Origin: Macrostomum hystrix
Taxonomy: Eukaryota; Animalia; Platyhelminthes
Assembly (NCBI GenBank): GCA_950097015.1
Contig: CATNEN010000024.1
Location: forward strand, 310,001-374,000
Direction: 5' to 3'
Length of the DNA: 64,000 bases
The position numbers and the translations under genes are program-made. Positions 26,665 through 38,818 of the stretch are shown here, piece after piece (position 1 is the stretch's first letter; each line of letters begins with the position of its first letter). The notes under the pieces are model-generated. The model saw only the letters and a program-made list of their open reading frames with translations, was not told where the DNA came from and made no database searches.

Positions 26665-27083
26665 CACGCTAAAAATAGGGATGTTTCTTTGGGTGATTCC
26701 AGTTGGAATCTGCGGTGTTTCCAGAAAAAGAAACAGCCGAACGCTGGAAACATACCAATCGGATGATTCCATGCTTAGAATCTACCCAACTGGGCGTTTT
26801 CTCGGTGCTTCTTGGTGGCGAAATGGAATCACCCAAAGAATCCTCCAGTTCGGAAGATTCCATGCTCAGAAACCGCCGAGGAATCGCCCGTAAATAATTC
26901 TCTGGTTGTCCCATGGGCCACTGGTTCGGGTGATTCTTCGGCGGTTTCCGCACAATTTACGGTTACATCGGCTGCTTCCTGGGTGGTTTCTCTAACTCAT
27001 GCGAGATAGGGGGGATTTTGGTAGATTCCACTCCTATTTTGCATAAAAAACCCGCCGAAGAAGCAGCCGAATTTTTTACAGGG
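26665..27083. mobile_element. Possible non-autonomous DNA transposon (EnSpm/CACTA-like ends, TA-flanked)
   Basis: Left CACGCTAAAAAT versus right reverse complement CCCTGTAAAAAA, both flanked by TA; internal GGGTGATTC/GAATCACCC repeats. Confidence 0.35.
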
Positions 27084-27331
27084 TAATAATAACATACCAA
27101 TCGCATGCTCTTGCTTCCGCTAATTTGTATGCTCACTTGCTTTCTTTAAACATCAATATAAAACTTTTTAAAATTTAATCTGCCTTTTCTGAACGTGATT
27201 TGTAATCGGTTAAATACACGAAATAATGAAGCAAATTAGAATCACTATGCAGTTCTTTTACACACAAACCAGCGATTTGCATTTATTTATTTGGGGAGGT
27301 CACCAGAGCCATCTAAATCCTGTCCTAGCCA

Positions 27332-27697
27332 TAATAATAATAATAATTGCAGGAGGGCTGCGGGCAATGACACATAATTTGGTGACACTAGACCCGCAGC
27401 CAGGGAGGAGGCAATTCTGCCCACTCCTGAGCACACAGGCACACAGATACCGTACGCAGGCACACGCTCACACAGGTGTGTACATCTGCCCTGACTTTCT
27501 CATCGTCAGGCAGTGTACACTTCACTGTGCCTTGGAGATTGGCCCTCAAGGGCATAAATTGCACGACAAGCCCCCCAAGCCCCAAGCCTTCTCTCCGAGC
27601 TGCGCCCCAAATAAATGTGGCCTCGCCGTGGAATCGAACTTAAGGACCGTGGTGCGAGAGGCAAACGCGTTAACCGCTCTGCCACCGACCCCCAATG
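27332..27697 (-). mobile_element. tRNA-derived SINE family A, full-length copy with TSD
   Basis: Head GGGGGTCGGTGGCAGAGCGGTTAACGCG...AAGTTCGATTCC (A/B boxes), conserved body, (ATT)n tail, 12-bp TSD CTGTCCTAGCCA at 27320-27331 and 27698-27709. Confidence 0.9.
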
Positions 27698-27876
27698 CTG
27701 TCCTAGCCAATGCAGGTACCCATTTTACAGGTGTGTAAATTGGAGTGTAGCTATTAGTTATGCTCAAAGACTCGAATTGTTTCCATTTCACGTTCAAAGG
27801 AATATCATTTCAACAGGCTGTCATTATTCTATTTCAGTCTTTAACGCCAAAAAGCCAGCTATTAGAATAACATCAA

Positions 27877-30800
27877 ATGGCGGAGCCGCCCCCAAAGCGG
27901 TTTCGTTTTGAGCCCGGCAATTCGCGGTCAAACAGCGGCGCTGCTACCAGCAGCAGCAGCAGCAGCAGCAGCAACAGTAACAATCATAATAATAATAACA
28001 ACTTTAGCACAGCGAATAAGAATGCCAACGATGATCCCTGGGGCGATGATATTGTCTTCGATGAACAGTTCGAGCGCCAGTTTCAAGAGATCTGTTCGCA
28101 GAACATCTCCACAGTTGTTGATTTCAATCGTAGAAGCTCACATCCCAGTCAGCATCCTCAGCAGCCAACTTTGGCACATCCTCACGCACCCACTCAGCAG
28201 CGCCCCCAGCTTCAGCCTCAGAGGCTTCATCCACAAACGTCGGTTACGGCCCCCTCTGGTATGCCCGGCAGTCCCACAATCAGGCGCTCCATTTCCAACC
28301 AGTCAACTGTGTCTTTCTCTGCATCGGGCGCTGCTTCTGCCGCTGCTCCCGCAGCAGTGGCCAGCGGAGTCAGTGCTTCATCGAACGCTGGTCCTACTCA
28401 GCGTCCGTCTGGACTGTCGTCGCAATACTACAGTTTTCAGCGTCAAAAGCAGCCCGCAGCTCCAGTTGCCATGCCAGCCTCAGTTGCGGCTTCTGCGCAT
28501 CCCTCGGTTGCCAGGTTTCCCGCAGCAGCGGCGTCCTCGATCAGCAGCACGCAGAGAAAACCTTCCGGTTCTGATGCACTCGCTGATATTCGCGATCGTC
28601 TGTTTATCACTGAAGGCGTCAGAGCGGCGTTGCAGGAGAAGCTGGACGCGGCCAATCGGGCCCTAGCTGCCGAGCAGGCCGCGAAAGCTGCGGCTGAGGC
28701 GGCCGTTAGAAAATTAGAAACTGAGCGCGCGTTTAGCGTGAAAGAAATTGAGACCCTGCAGTCCGAGAACCAGTCTCTGAGCATTCGCCTGCGCAAACGG
28801 GAGGAGCAGCAGCAGCAGACGCAGCTTCAGTTCACCCAGCTGTTGAATCGCGATGTTATACCGCCAACCCAGCTAATGGGTCAGCAAGTGCAGCAGCAGC
28901 AACAATTTCCAAATATGGCTAGTTTTTGCAGCCGCAGCCCCATTGCCGGACCCTCATCTTTAGGCATGCGCTCGCCTCAGACTCCTTTGCGAGCTCAGCA
29001 ACCGGTAGCGCGGCAGCCGCTACCGCCTGCGCCGCCGCTGCCCACCAGCGGCTCTCCTTCACCGTCCGTCGCTTCAACGGACGACTTGGACTATGATGAT
29101 GACGATGAAGCGGCTATCGCTTCTGCCGCCTCCGTGTCCGTCACTCCAGGCGGCGGCTCCGGCTGGCCGTCTGATCAGTTGGACTCGGACGAGTCAGACT
29201 CCTGGCCGGCGGTTGCTAAGCAACCGGAATCGGCAAGCTGGCACAGGCGTCGGGCCGAGCTGTTAGCCATGTATCCGGGTCTGCTGGCTCAGTGCTCCAA
29301 TGCAGAGCGCGCCCTGCGCTATTTGAATGGGCCTCAGCAGTCCCAGCATCAACGCCAGCTGCCTGCCGACATTTTGGACGACCTGCCGGCCGCAGCGTGG
29401 TCGCCGGAGGCTCGCCGTGAAGTAGCCGACGCTTTGGACTGCTTGGCCAAGCTGACTACGCGAGAATTGGAACCGACCACAATGACGCGCTCTGCCTACG
29501 GACCCGTTGAAGCTGAGCGCCTCCTGGCGCCGATTCGTTGCCGCCTGTCGGGCTATCTGCTAGCGCTACGCCTTCGCGGCTTCGATGCCGCCGTCTGCGC
29601 TCGCCAGATCGCTTTGGCACTGAGTACATCTAGCAATGATTCTATCGCATCTGATAGCGCTCTTTGCGATTCGTCTACTACTAGTAGTTATCAGCGCTCA
29701 TTGACTCCCACGCCAGTTCAGCTGTCCAATCTGGGTTTGGACGCTCTTCAACAACTTTGGCGTCTCTGCCAATTGTCCAGCGAGGCGACTCTGGGCGTGC
29801 TGCGAAATATTGGCCGACGAGAGACCGCCTTATTGGTCGACCTGTTCGATCTGGTTCGCCTACTGCCTAGCGATTCCGAGCTGTCCGTCTGTGATCAAGA
29901 ATCTCTGCACTGCTGCCTGCAACTATTGCACTATCTGCTATTGCGACTGCCTGAGAATAGGCGGCACCAGCTAGTGGAGTTCTTCTGCACCGGTCTGGAG
30001 CCTGACGCCCGTCGTAGGCTTGTTCGCAGTCGCTATAGGCCATCTGTCACACTCTATGTGAAGATACTAGCAGTGGTACACTCTGGTGTCGAGGGTTATT
30101 GTTGCTTGGCTGCACACAATGGTGAGGCTTGAATTTTCGCGATTGCGTATAGAAACGATTCCACCTGCCCAATTTAGCCAGATGTGCAGTCGACAGCACA
30201 GTCGCAGCTATTGCGCAGCACATCTGAAGGCTGCGTACTGCTGTTCAGTCCATGGACTGGGGGGACGCCACACCCACCTTCAATTATCCCAGCTGATGTT
30301 GGTACCCATTTAACGGCTGGGCGAGCTAAAGCAATCCAGAGTTAAGTGTCTTGCTAAAGGGCACAATTTGTTTGAGGCGAGTCGGGAATCGAACCCCCGA
30401 CCTTTAAGTCGTGGGTCCGCCGCCCTAAATACAGCACAGCCCCCTTAAAAATGTTGCGACATGTAACCTACGCTTACGAGCACATCCTTAATTTGCTTAT
30501 TACAGGTAATATCTTATTGCTGTAGTTACTGTGCTTCATTTTTTACTAATTCGCAGAGCCTTGTCGCATAGTTGAGCTGGCTCAATGCCTGGAGCTCCAG
30601 TCGGACGCCAAGCCCAACTCGGATCTGCTTCAAATGATCGACGCCCTGACCTGCCTGATTCGCGAGTGCATCGCTTTGGAGAGGATGCACAAGCCGTCAA
30701 CTGGTCTTACTCTGCTCAACCGCGATTGTCACAATAAGTGCTTCTTTAAGGTGTGCGCTGCAAGGGATACAATGTGTTCTTAAATAGGCTTATGGCAATG

Positions 30801-32301
30801 AGTATACCTTTAGGGTAACAGACAAGACCAAATTCAAGGGGCATCAGATAAGGGCAAGGGGTAAGGGTTTCTAATAAGAACAAGGGGTAGGGCTATCAGA
30901 TAAGGGCAAGGGGTAGGGCTATCAGATAAGGGCAAGGGGTAGGGCTATCAGATATGGGAAAGGGGTAGGGCTATAAGATAAGGGCAAGGGTTAGTGGCAG
31001 TGATATCAGATAAGGGCAACAGATAAGGTATTAGATTTAAGTATTTAAGTATTAAGATATTATTAGTCAAAATATTCATGTTTATAATAGGTAATCTGCG
31101 CCTTGTCAAACGCCCTGGCCCAGCTAATGCCGCTGTACTATTGCGCCACAGTCTGCGTCAATTCGGGTTTAGTGTCCAGCATTCACGGCTATATGAGAAC
31201 TATGGACGCGTTGAAAGACTACCTGGACGTGCAATCGTGCAAAGAGCTAGTGCGTCAGGACAAGACTCACTACTTCATCATTAGCGTAGTTGAATGCTTT
31301 AAAGATCTTACTATTGATAAGAAGTACCAGGAAGAAGGTGAGTTTATTTTTGTTTTATCCCCAAATTGGGCCGTGTAATGTCTTCATAAAATAAATTGAG
31401 TCTTCGCATAAGAGAGTCTTGACGGCACTGACGGCACGAATCGAAGAGCGGCAGGGCAGGCCGTTTAGGCCGGGAATCAAATAACCAAGAGATAAGAAAG
31501 GGGGGCTGAAGAGTAAAAGGGTAGAGGATGGGCCAGAGGGTAAGAGCTGAAAAGGACGGGGTGTGGAAAGAGAGACGAACAGCTAGCCAATCAGAGACGG
31601 GGGAGAGGAAAGAGAAGTGAAGGTCAGCTAAGAAGTTAAACATAAAAGGGGAGAGACGATAAAGTACAATAAAAGGGCGCGCGAGCGTAAACAAACTTAG
31701 AGGAAGGAGAAGCATAATAATAATTGCATGAGGGCTGCGGGCAATGGTTCATCATTTGGTGACAGTAGACCCGCAGCCAGCGAGGAGGCAATTCTGCCCA
31801 TTCCGCTGATTCCTGAGCACACACGCACACAGATACCATTTGCAGGCATACGCTCACACAGGTGTGTACATCTGCCCTGACTTTCTCATTGTCAGGCAGT
31901 GTACAACTTCACTGTGCATAGGAGGTTGGCCCTTAGGGCGTAAATTGCACGACAAGCCCCCAAGCCTTCTCTCCGCGGCTGCGCCCCAATTTAATGTTGC
32001 GAGACCTTGGTGCGATAGGCAAACACGTTGACCGCTATGTCACGAACCCCCCCCCTGGAAGAAGAATCAATAACAGGCCGTTTTATCAAATAATTAACTA
32101 AACGACTCATACTTTGGCAGCTTATTATGCGTATTCTTTAAATAAATTCAGTGGTTCGTGTAAAATGATAGTAAAAACGTGAAAGTTTTGCGATTAAAGT
32201 AGCACGAATTCAAACAATATTTTCCGCTCGTTTATAAATTTAAGCGCTTTTCTAAACTTTCAGAGTACGTGGCACCATGCCGACCGTCCCTTGACGCCTA
32301 A
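27877..32301 (+). CDS. ATRIP: ATR-interacting protein (ATRIP)-like
   Basis: Exons 27877-30121, 30557-30750, 31091-31337, 32264-32301 with consistent phases. N-terminal PPPKRFR plus acidic DPWGDD..F..ICSQ motif (compare recalled human PPSKRAR..DPFG..DFTADDLEELDTLASQ), then a coiled coil ending LETERAFSVKEI and a helical C-terminal region. Confidence 0.72.
30238..30440 (-). mobile_element. tRNA-derived CORE-type SINE (family B) in ATRIP intron 1
   Basis: Reverse complement has B box GGTTCGATTCCC followed by TGTGCCCTTTAGCAAGACACTTAAC...AAATGGGTACC (CORE-domain-like) and tail CCCAGTCCATGGACTGAACAG. Related pieces at about 49772-49850 (+), 54218-54375 (+), 51915-51985 (-), 40555-40610 and 13450-13472. 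Confidence 0.72.
30845..31030. repeat. 26-bp minisatellite in ATRIP intron 2
   Basis: Unit TAAGGGCAAGGGGTAGGGCTATCAGA. Confidence 0.9.
31385..31428 (-). pseudogene. Degenerate full-length SL exon copy in ATRIP intron 3
   Basis: Reverse complement GTGCCGTCAAGACTCTCTTATGCGAAGACTCAATTTATTTTATG shares TGCGAAGACTCAATTTATT (19 nt) exactly with the 55106-55145 copy. Confidence 0.72.
31712..32055 (-). mobile_element. SINE family A copy in ATRIP intron 3
   Basis: Same tail hairpin, (ATT)n tail and body; head partially deleted. Confidence 0.85.
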
Positions 32302-33074
32302 TAAGTCAAGCGCGTGACCAATTCTGCTGTCCAATTAAGCATAATTGGATAATAATAAGAATTAACATATCATCCCTCAGAGTTTCTGATGCTCTGAGCG
32401 CATTTTTTTCTACTGATAGCCAGGCTTTCCCGGTGTGTATTGCGATTGCGATATTGAAATGGTTGTTTTGTTTGCCAAACAGTTCTTAGTAGCCTGTATT
32501 AGTTTTTTGCTACCCTACATTATTTAGGCATGTCAAATTGTTGTCACCAGGCAAAATAACCATTAAAACAAAATCATTCCCCCTGCTTAGAAAAATTCTG
32601 AAAATTAGATCCATTTTTGGCTGATGAAATCGATTTTATCGATCTGAAAGTATTGTCTATAGTCACGCTAGAAATGTTCCGTGTTGTTAGAAATTTGTAT
32701 TTATTTTTCATTTTAGAGCACGATAAACTGCATCCTATTTGTTCATTAGTTCGCTTGTTCAGCATTTTTACTAGCTATTTTGTGTTGTAATATTGTTCCT
32801 GCTTAGCGATACTAAATCATACTACAAAGTGTTATTAATAAAATACTTGTTTAATATAACATTTCGATTACTTGAATAATATTGTTTCAAGTATGCCAAT
32901 TTTTTTTAGTTTTATTGTTTACAGAAATGTTGCTTATCTAAAAGACTATATTTATTTTTTATTTTTGTGACTATTTTACTATGGGTCGCATCAACTTCAC
33001 ACCACTTATTTTAGCGGGTTGCAGCTGCTAATAGTGCATATGCATAATTTGGAAATAGTCTAAATACACGAACA

Positions 33075-33240
33075 CAGCCTGAAGACACTAAGGTGACGCA
33101 GGTGTGTATATTAGCCCTAACTGTCTCATCGTCAGGCAGTGTACACTCTCACTGTGTTTTGGAAATTCGCTCTGTTAAAAGCGTAGATTGCGCGATAAGC
33201 CCTTAAGCCGGATTCGAGCTTAGGACCCTGGGTTGTAGGC
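33075..33240 (-). mobile_element. SINE family A degraded fragment
   Basis: CTCATCGTCAGGCAGTGTACACTCTCACTGTG..GATAAGCCC..GGATTCGAGCTTAGGACC. A second fragment in the opposite orientation lies at about 33630-33695. Confidence 0.65.
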
Positions 33241-33327
33241 TTCGAAGCTACTATTCGCACCCGTGCATGTATTTCTATATCGTCTGTACTCTTCTTAAAC
33301 TAAATTAAATAAAAACAAAACTTCCAG

Positions 33328-36300
33328 ACATCGAAGTCCGCTTGCACGGCAGCTGTGCCTAGCGACACCGCGTCGGTGTCCTGGACGGTAGCCGACATAC
33401 TAACCCAGGATGAGTATTATTGTGAATCGGCGCCTGAGCAGCGCTTCCGCTTAGAGCCCAGGGTGGCGCGCAACCTTGCCGGCCTGCTCAGCCAGGTAAG
33501 CGAGTGCTCACTTGATAATATTGGAATGGAAAGCGGTTTATGATGCTGAAAATGTGCGTTACGCTACTTAGAGTAGATGCGATCATTCTAAAATGGATGA
33601 GTAGCGTGGTAATGCGTTCTAAGGCACAGTGAGTGTACACTGCCCGACAACTAGAAGCAAAATGTACACACCTGTGTGAGTGTGTGCTCAGGGTCAGATT
33701 TATTATCTGTTCTCAACACACCTCTTGAATTAGTTTTCTTTCTTGGTTCTCAAATCAGGGCGCCACTGTGCCATTCATAGCGCGCTATCGACGCGATCAG
33801 ACGCACGACGCGCCAACAGAGGTTCTCAGGCAAGTTAAAGAGCGCTACGAAGAACTAATGGAGGTGACGGAGATGGTTAGGAAAACGGTGAAGAAGATTG
33901 ACAAGCTGGGCAGCCTGTCGCCAGGCCTGCTGCAATCACTGCGCAGCTGCACTAGGCCTCAGCAGGTCGCCTATTTGGCCGCTTCTGAGCCGTCTATCAG
34001 CAAAAAAATGGCCGCCTCTGCGGACGGCGGCGGCGGCACTCTGGCTCAACGTGCCCGTCAGCAAGGTCTCGAAGGCCCAGCTTTGACCCTTCTCCGCGGC
34101 GATGCCAACAGTCAATCGGTTTGGCCAATCGCCGAAGAATCTCGCTTAGTTGGCATAGGTCACATCATCGCCGATGTCGTTGCAAAAGATGCCGAAGTTC
34201 TAGCCGAACTGGAACGGCTGTGTACATTGTACGCGCCATTCCTGTGCAGCCAGCGAAGTCGCCTAGCCAATAAGCTTCAGTCGGACAAGTCTCAGCTAGC
34301 GCCAGCCGATTTCAAACTGCTCAAAGATGTTCAGAAACTTGGCCAGTATGGCGAACAGTTTCGTTGCAATGTGAAACACCTGCGAGCACATCAGATTCTT
34401 AAGCTAAACCGATTCGAAGCGAAGAAGTTGCTGACTGTGAAGCTGGATTTTCCTGAACAGGTCTATAAGCTCTACTGCCTGTATCTGCATCGCAGGTTGG
34501 TTTAATAACTCTGATGGATAACTCAAGACATAATATAAGACCTTCGTTTTTGAAGTCCCTAGTATAGGTTACTTCAATTTGACCCTCCAGTCAGTCACCA
34601 TTTCTTCTCTAGACCCTTGTCTACATAATTCAGTGAGTCGCCCCTTCTCTAGATCCTCCAGTGAGTCGCTACTTCTCTAGATCCTCCAGTGAGTCGCTAC
34701 TTCTCTAGATCCTCCAGTGAGTCGCTACTTCTCTAGATCCTCCAGTGAGTCGCTACTTCTCTAGATCCTCCAGTGAGTCGCTACTTCTCTAGATCCTCCA
34801 GTGAGTCGCTACTTCTCTAGATCCTCCAGTGAGTCGCTACTTCTCTAGATCCTCCAGTGAGTCGCTACTTCTCTAGATCCTCCAGTGAGTCGCCACTTCT
34901 CTAGATCCTCCAGTGAGTCGCTACTTCTCTAGATCCTCCAGTGAGTCGCCACTTCTCTAGATCCTCCAGTGAGTCGCTACTTCTCTAGATCCTCCAGTGA
35001 GTCGCCACTTCTCTAGATCCTCCAGTGAGTCGCTACTTCTCTAGATCCTCCAGTGAGTCGCCACTTCTCTAGATCCTCCAGTGAGTCGCTACTTCTCTAG
35101 ATCCTCCAGTGAGTCGCTACTTCTCTAGATCCTCCAGTGAGTCGCTACTTCTCTAGATCCTCCAGTGAGTCGCCACTTCTCTAGATCCTCCAGTGAGTCG
35201 CTACTTCTCTAGATCCTCCAGTGAGTCGCTACTTCTCTAGATCCTCCAGTGAGTCGCTACTTTTCTAGATCGTCAAGTGAGTCGCCACTTCTCTAGATCC
35301 TCCAGTGAGTCGCCACTTCTCTCGATCCTCCAGTGAGTCGCTACTTTTCTAGATCGTCCAGTGAGTCGCCACTTCTCTAGATCCTCCAGTGAGTCGCCAC
35401 TTCTCTAGATCCTCCAGTGAGTCGCTACTTCTCTAGATCCTCCAGTGAGTCGCTACTTTTCTAGATCGTCAAGTGAGTCGCCACTTCTCTAGATCCTCCA
35501 GTGAGTCGCCACTTCTCTCGATCCTCCAGTGAGTCGCTACTTTTCTAGATCGTCCAGTGAGTCGCCACTTCTCTAGATCCTCCAGTGAGTCGCTACTTCT
35601 CTAGATCCTCCAGTGAGTCGCTACTTTTCTAGATCGTCAAGTGAGTCGCCACTTCTCTAGATCCTCCAGTGAGTCGCCACTTCTCTAGATCCTCCAGTGA
35701 GTCGCTACTTTTCTAGATCGTCCAGTGAGTCGCCACTTCTCTAGATCCTCCAGTGAGTCGCCACTTCTCTAGATCCTCCAGTGAGTCGCCACTTCTCTAG
35801 ATCCTCCAGTGAGTCGCCACTTCTCTAGATCCTCAGTGACTCGCCACTTCTCTAGATCCTCAGTGACTCGCCACTTCTCTAGATCCTTCTCTAGATCATT
35901 TTCTAGATCATTTTCTAGATCCTTCTCTAGATCCTTGTCTAGATCCTTGTCTAGATCATTCTCAAAATCCCCAGTGAGTTACCACCTCTTGTCTAGATTA
36001 TTTGTGAGTCGCCACTTCTCCGTTGGCTTCTGATTCAGTTTCTTGCATCGCTAATTAGCAAAGCTATTTTATCGCGCATTCTCATTTTCCAGATTTCAGC
36101 TGGACAATCGGCCTAGCGCTATTGTTGAATTTCTCCGCTCAGCCTTCAAAGACGGCTACGATCGCCTGCTTCTGCCGTTTATGTCCAGGCAAGCGCGGGC
36201 CACCCTGACCCGATTCGCCGAAGAGGAGGCCCTGCGTGTGTTCGCCGACAACCTGCGCCACCTCCTACTGCAGGCGCCTGTCCGAGGCTGCTCTATAGCC

Positions 36301-38614
36301 GGCTGGGATCCCGGCTATCGGCACGGATGCAAGCTGGCCGTGGTTGACGCCAACGGCGACGTGCTGGCCACGGAGACGCTGCACATTAGCGGATCATCGC
36401 AGCAGCAGCAGCGTCAGGCCTCGATGGCGGCTGCCGCACTTGCGGAATTGTATAGACGAAGCGGTGGCTTTCGCTACATTGCAATCGGCGATGGCCAGGT
36501 AAGCGTTGCTTTTCATATTGTCACATGTTGTTTTTCACCGTCAAATCCCATCCCTCAGTTGTTCCCCACCGTCTAATCCCATCCCTCAGTTGTTCCCTAC
36601 CGTCAAATCCCATCCCTCAGTTGTTCCCCAGCGTCAGATCCCATCTTTAAATTGTTCCCCACCCTCAAATCCCATCTGTCAGCTGTTCCCCACCCTCAAA
36701 TCCCACTTTTCAGCTTTTCCCGTCCCTTGAATCCCATCTGTTAAATGTATTCATTGCGCAGGGTCGTCGCGAATCCATGGAGTTTGTCTCGGCCTGCCTG
36801 CCTAACCTGCCAGGCGGTGTGCGCTACGCCCTAGTGTCGGAGGACGGCGCTTCAGTTTACAGCGCCTCCGACCTGGCTGCCAAGGAGCTGCCCGGAGTGG
36901 ATATTGCGCACCGTGGCGCTGTGTCCATCGCTAGGCGATTGCAGGTTTGACTTGCGTGTTATATGTTCTAATTTATGTTACATTAGAGTTGATATTCGTT
37001 TATTTCTGCTGTTAGTAGCAAAAATATCATATAAATGCTTTTCCCCACTATTCTTCCGACTGTACAGGATCCGCTAGCTGAGCTGGCCAAGCTGGACGCC
37101 CGCCATCTCGGTGTTGGCATGTATCAGCACGACATCAGCGAGAAGGCGCTAGAGCGTCGGGCACTAGCCGTTCAGCAGGAGGTGATTAGCTTCGCCGGCG
37201 TGGATTTAAATTACGCGCCGGAGCACCTGTTGGCTCACGTGGCCGGCTTGAATCGCAGCCTGGCTACCCGCATTGCCAGCTGGCGCCGGGTCAATGGCGC
37301 TTTCATTTGCCGCGATCAGCTGCGCGAAGTGACCGGCATCGGGCCGGCTGTGTTCGCCCAGTGCGCCGGCTTTGTGCGCGTCCTGCCAACTGCGGCGACG
37401 TCGGCAGCTGCGCCAGCGGCAACAGCGGTGGTGGCTGCTGCTGCATCGACCCATTGTGGAGCTTTAAATACGGTTAGCCTTGCAATTTTTCATGATCCCA
37501 TGAAACTAACTGATCCCATGGGCTGATATCAGAACAGGTGGATGTGGACCAATCAGGTTAAAAAGAGGCGAAAAGTGACATAGACCAATCAAGTTAAGGA
37601 AAGGTGAAAGAAACGCGGACCAATCAGGTTAAGAAGAGGTGAAAAGAGACGCGGACCAATCAGGTTAAGGAGAGATGACCGAGACACGGACCAATCAGGT
37701 TAAGAAGAGGTAAGTAAGACACGGACCAATCAGGTTAAGAAGAGGTAGGTAAGACACGGACCAATCAGGTTAAGAAGAGGTGAGAGAGACACGGACCAAT
37801 CAGGTTAAGGAGAGTTGAGTGAGATACGGTCTAATTTTTGTAAAATTAGATACGGAGATATTGACCACGAATTCTTAGGGGATATCCGCGAGATGCTGAT
37901 CAATCAGGATAAGTAAAAGCCAGAGAGGCACTGATCAGTCAGGTGATTTATCACAAATTTCAGGTACCTGAAGCATTCGAAGAACCCATGGACATTGATG
38001 ATTATCCGCAGCAGCAGCTTCCGCAGCCGGCTGTGACAAAAGGCGGTAAACGGAAACGGACAGCGGCAGACGGCGCTGCTGACGGCAAAGGCGGCGGCAA
38101 GCGAGCTAAACGGTCGGCTATCAGCTATCGGCCGAATCCTCTGGACGCAACCTGCGTCCACCCGGAGTCGTACGCGGCCGCCGATAGCCTCCTGCTGCGC
38201 CACGGCCTGCGTTCGGACTCGCCTAATCTAACCTCGGCCTGTCAGCGCCTTCTAGAGTGCTTCTCCGGCTCGGACGATGATCGGCGTCTGCTGGAACTGC
38301 TATCCGGCGGCGGGCCAACCTCTTCAACGGACTCTGTGGGCGCGGCCGGGGCGCCTCTGTTTCTAGACGCCGTCACGGACATCAACTCGCTGTCCGCCGG
38401 CCAGTCTGTCACCGGAGTGGTGAAAAATGTTGCAGAATTTGGCGCCTTCTGTGACATCGGCTGCCCCTGCGCGGCCCTGCTGCACGTCAGCCGGTATCCC
38501 AAGGATCCGAAGGCGCGCAGTCGGCTGCACCTTGGCGCCAGGTTTACAGCCATTGTGGACTCAGTGGATCCTGCTAAAGAGGAGATCAGACTTAGAGAGA
38601 TGCAGTTCTGTTGA
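33328..38614 (+). CDS. SRBD1: S1 RNA-binding domain protein SRBD1 (Tex/YhgF family); start codon not located
   Basis: Exons 33328-33495, 33759-34495, 36093-36498, 36762-36944, 37068-37472, 37964-38614. Motifs [26 protein letters not shown] (YqgF/RNase H-like), [33 protein letters not shown], HhH VTGIGP and a C-terminal S1 domain ([16 protein letters not shown]). Confidence 0.93.
34640..35990. repeat. 28-bp minisatellite (about 1.3 kb) in SRBD1 intron
   Basis: Unit ATCCTCCAGTGAGTCGCTACTTCTCTAG. Smaller arrays of about 31 bp (36535-36740) and about 35 bp (37545-37815) occur in later SRBD1 introns. Confidence 0.95.
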
Positions 38615-38818
38615 TAAATAATAAATTTGAGGTTCTGGGTTCGTATCCTGGCATTAGGTAGATGAAAAATAGAGTCTTGCATTTTCGTTACCAAGCTAAG
38701 CATTGATTAAAAGCGCAAATATATGAAATACTTTTTCGTATAATTTATTTTTCATAAAAAACTAAGCCTTTCATATTCAATTGCGTTCCATTAAACGATG
38801 ATAAGTGTATCCTTTATC

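Noticed and set aside
27630-27697. tRNA-like sequences with A/B boxes (also about 12150-12213, 30380-30440, 49772-49820, 54218-54275)
   Set aside because: These are SINE heads: no complete cloverleaf, and they are fused to SINE bodies.
31374-31693. Solo LTR (TGT...ACA) interpretation of the 31.4-31.7 kb module
   Set aside because: No TSD, PBS or PPT was found; the SL-related interpretation has direct sequence support.
31770-31795. GCCTCCTCGCTGGC in the SINE A tail is identical to the P3/L3 of the HDV ribozyme as recalled
   Set aside because: No upstream P1 strand and no P1.1 GG after the 7-nt segment. The sequence instead pairs in a local hairpin and is part of the LINE-shared 3' tail.
34640-35990. 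Regular short repeats resembling a CRISPR array (also 50400-51600 and others)
   Set aside because: Head-to-tail units without unique spacers, located in eukaryotic introns, and no cas genes.
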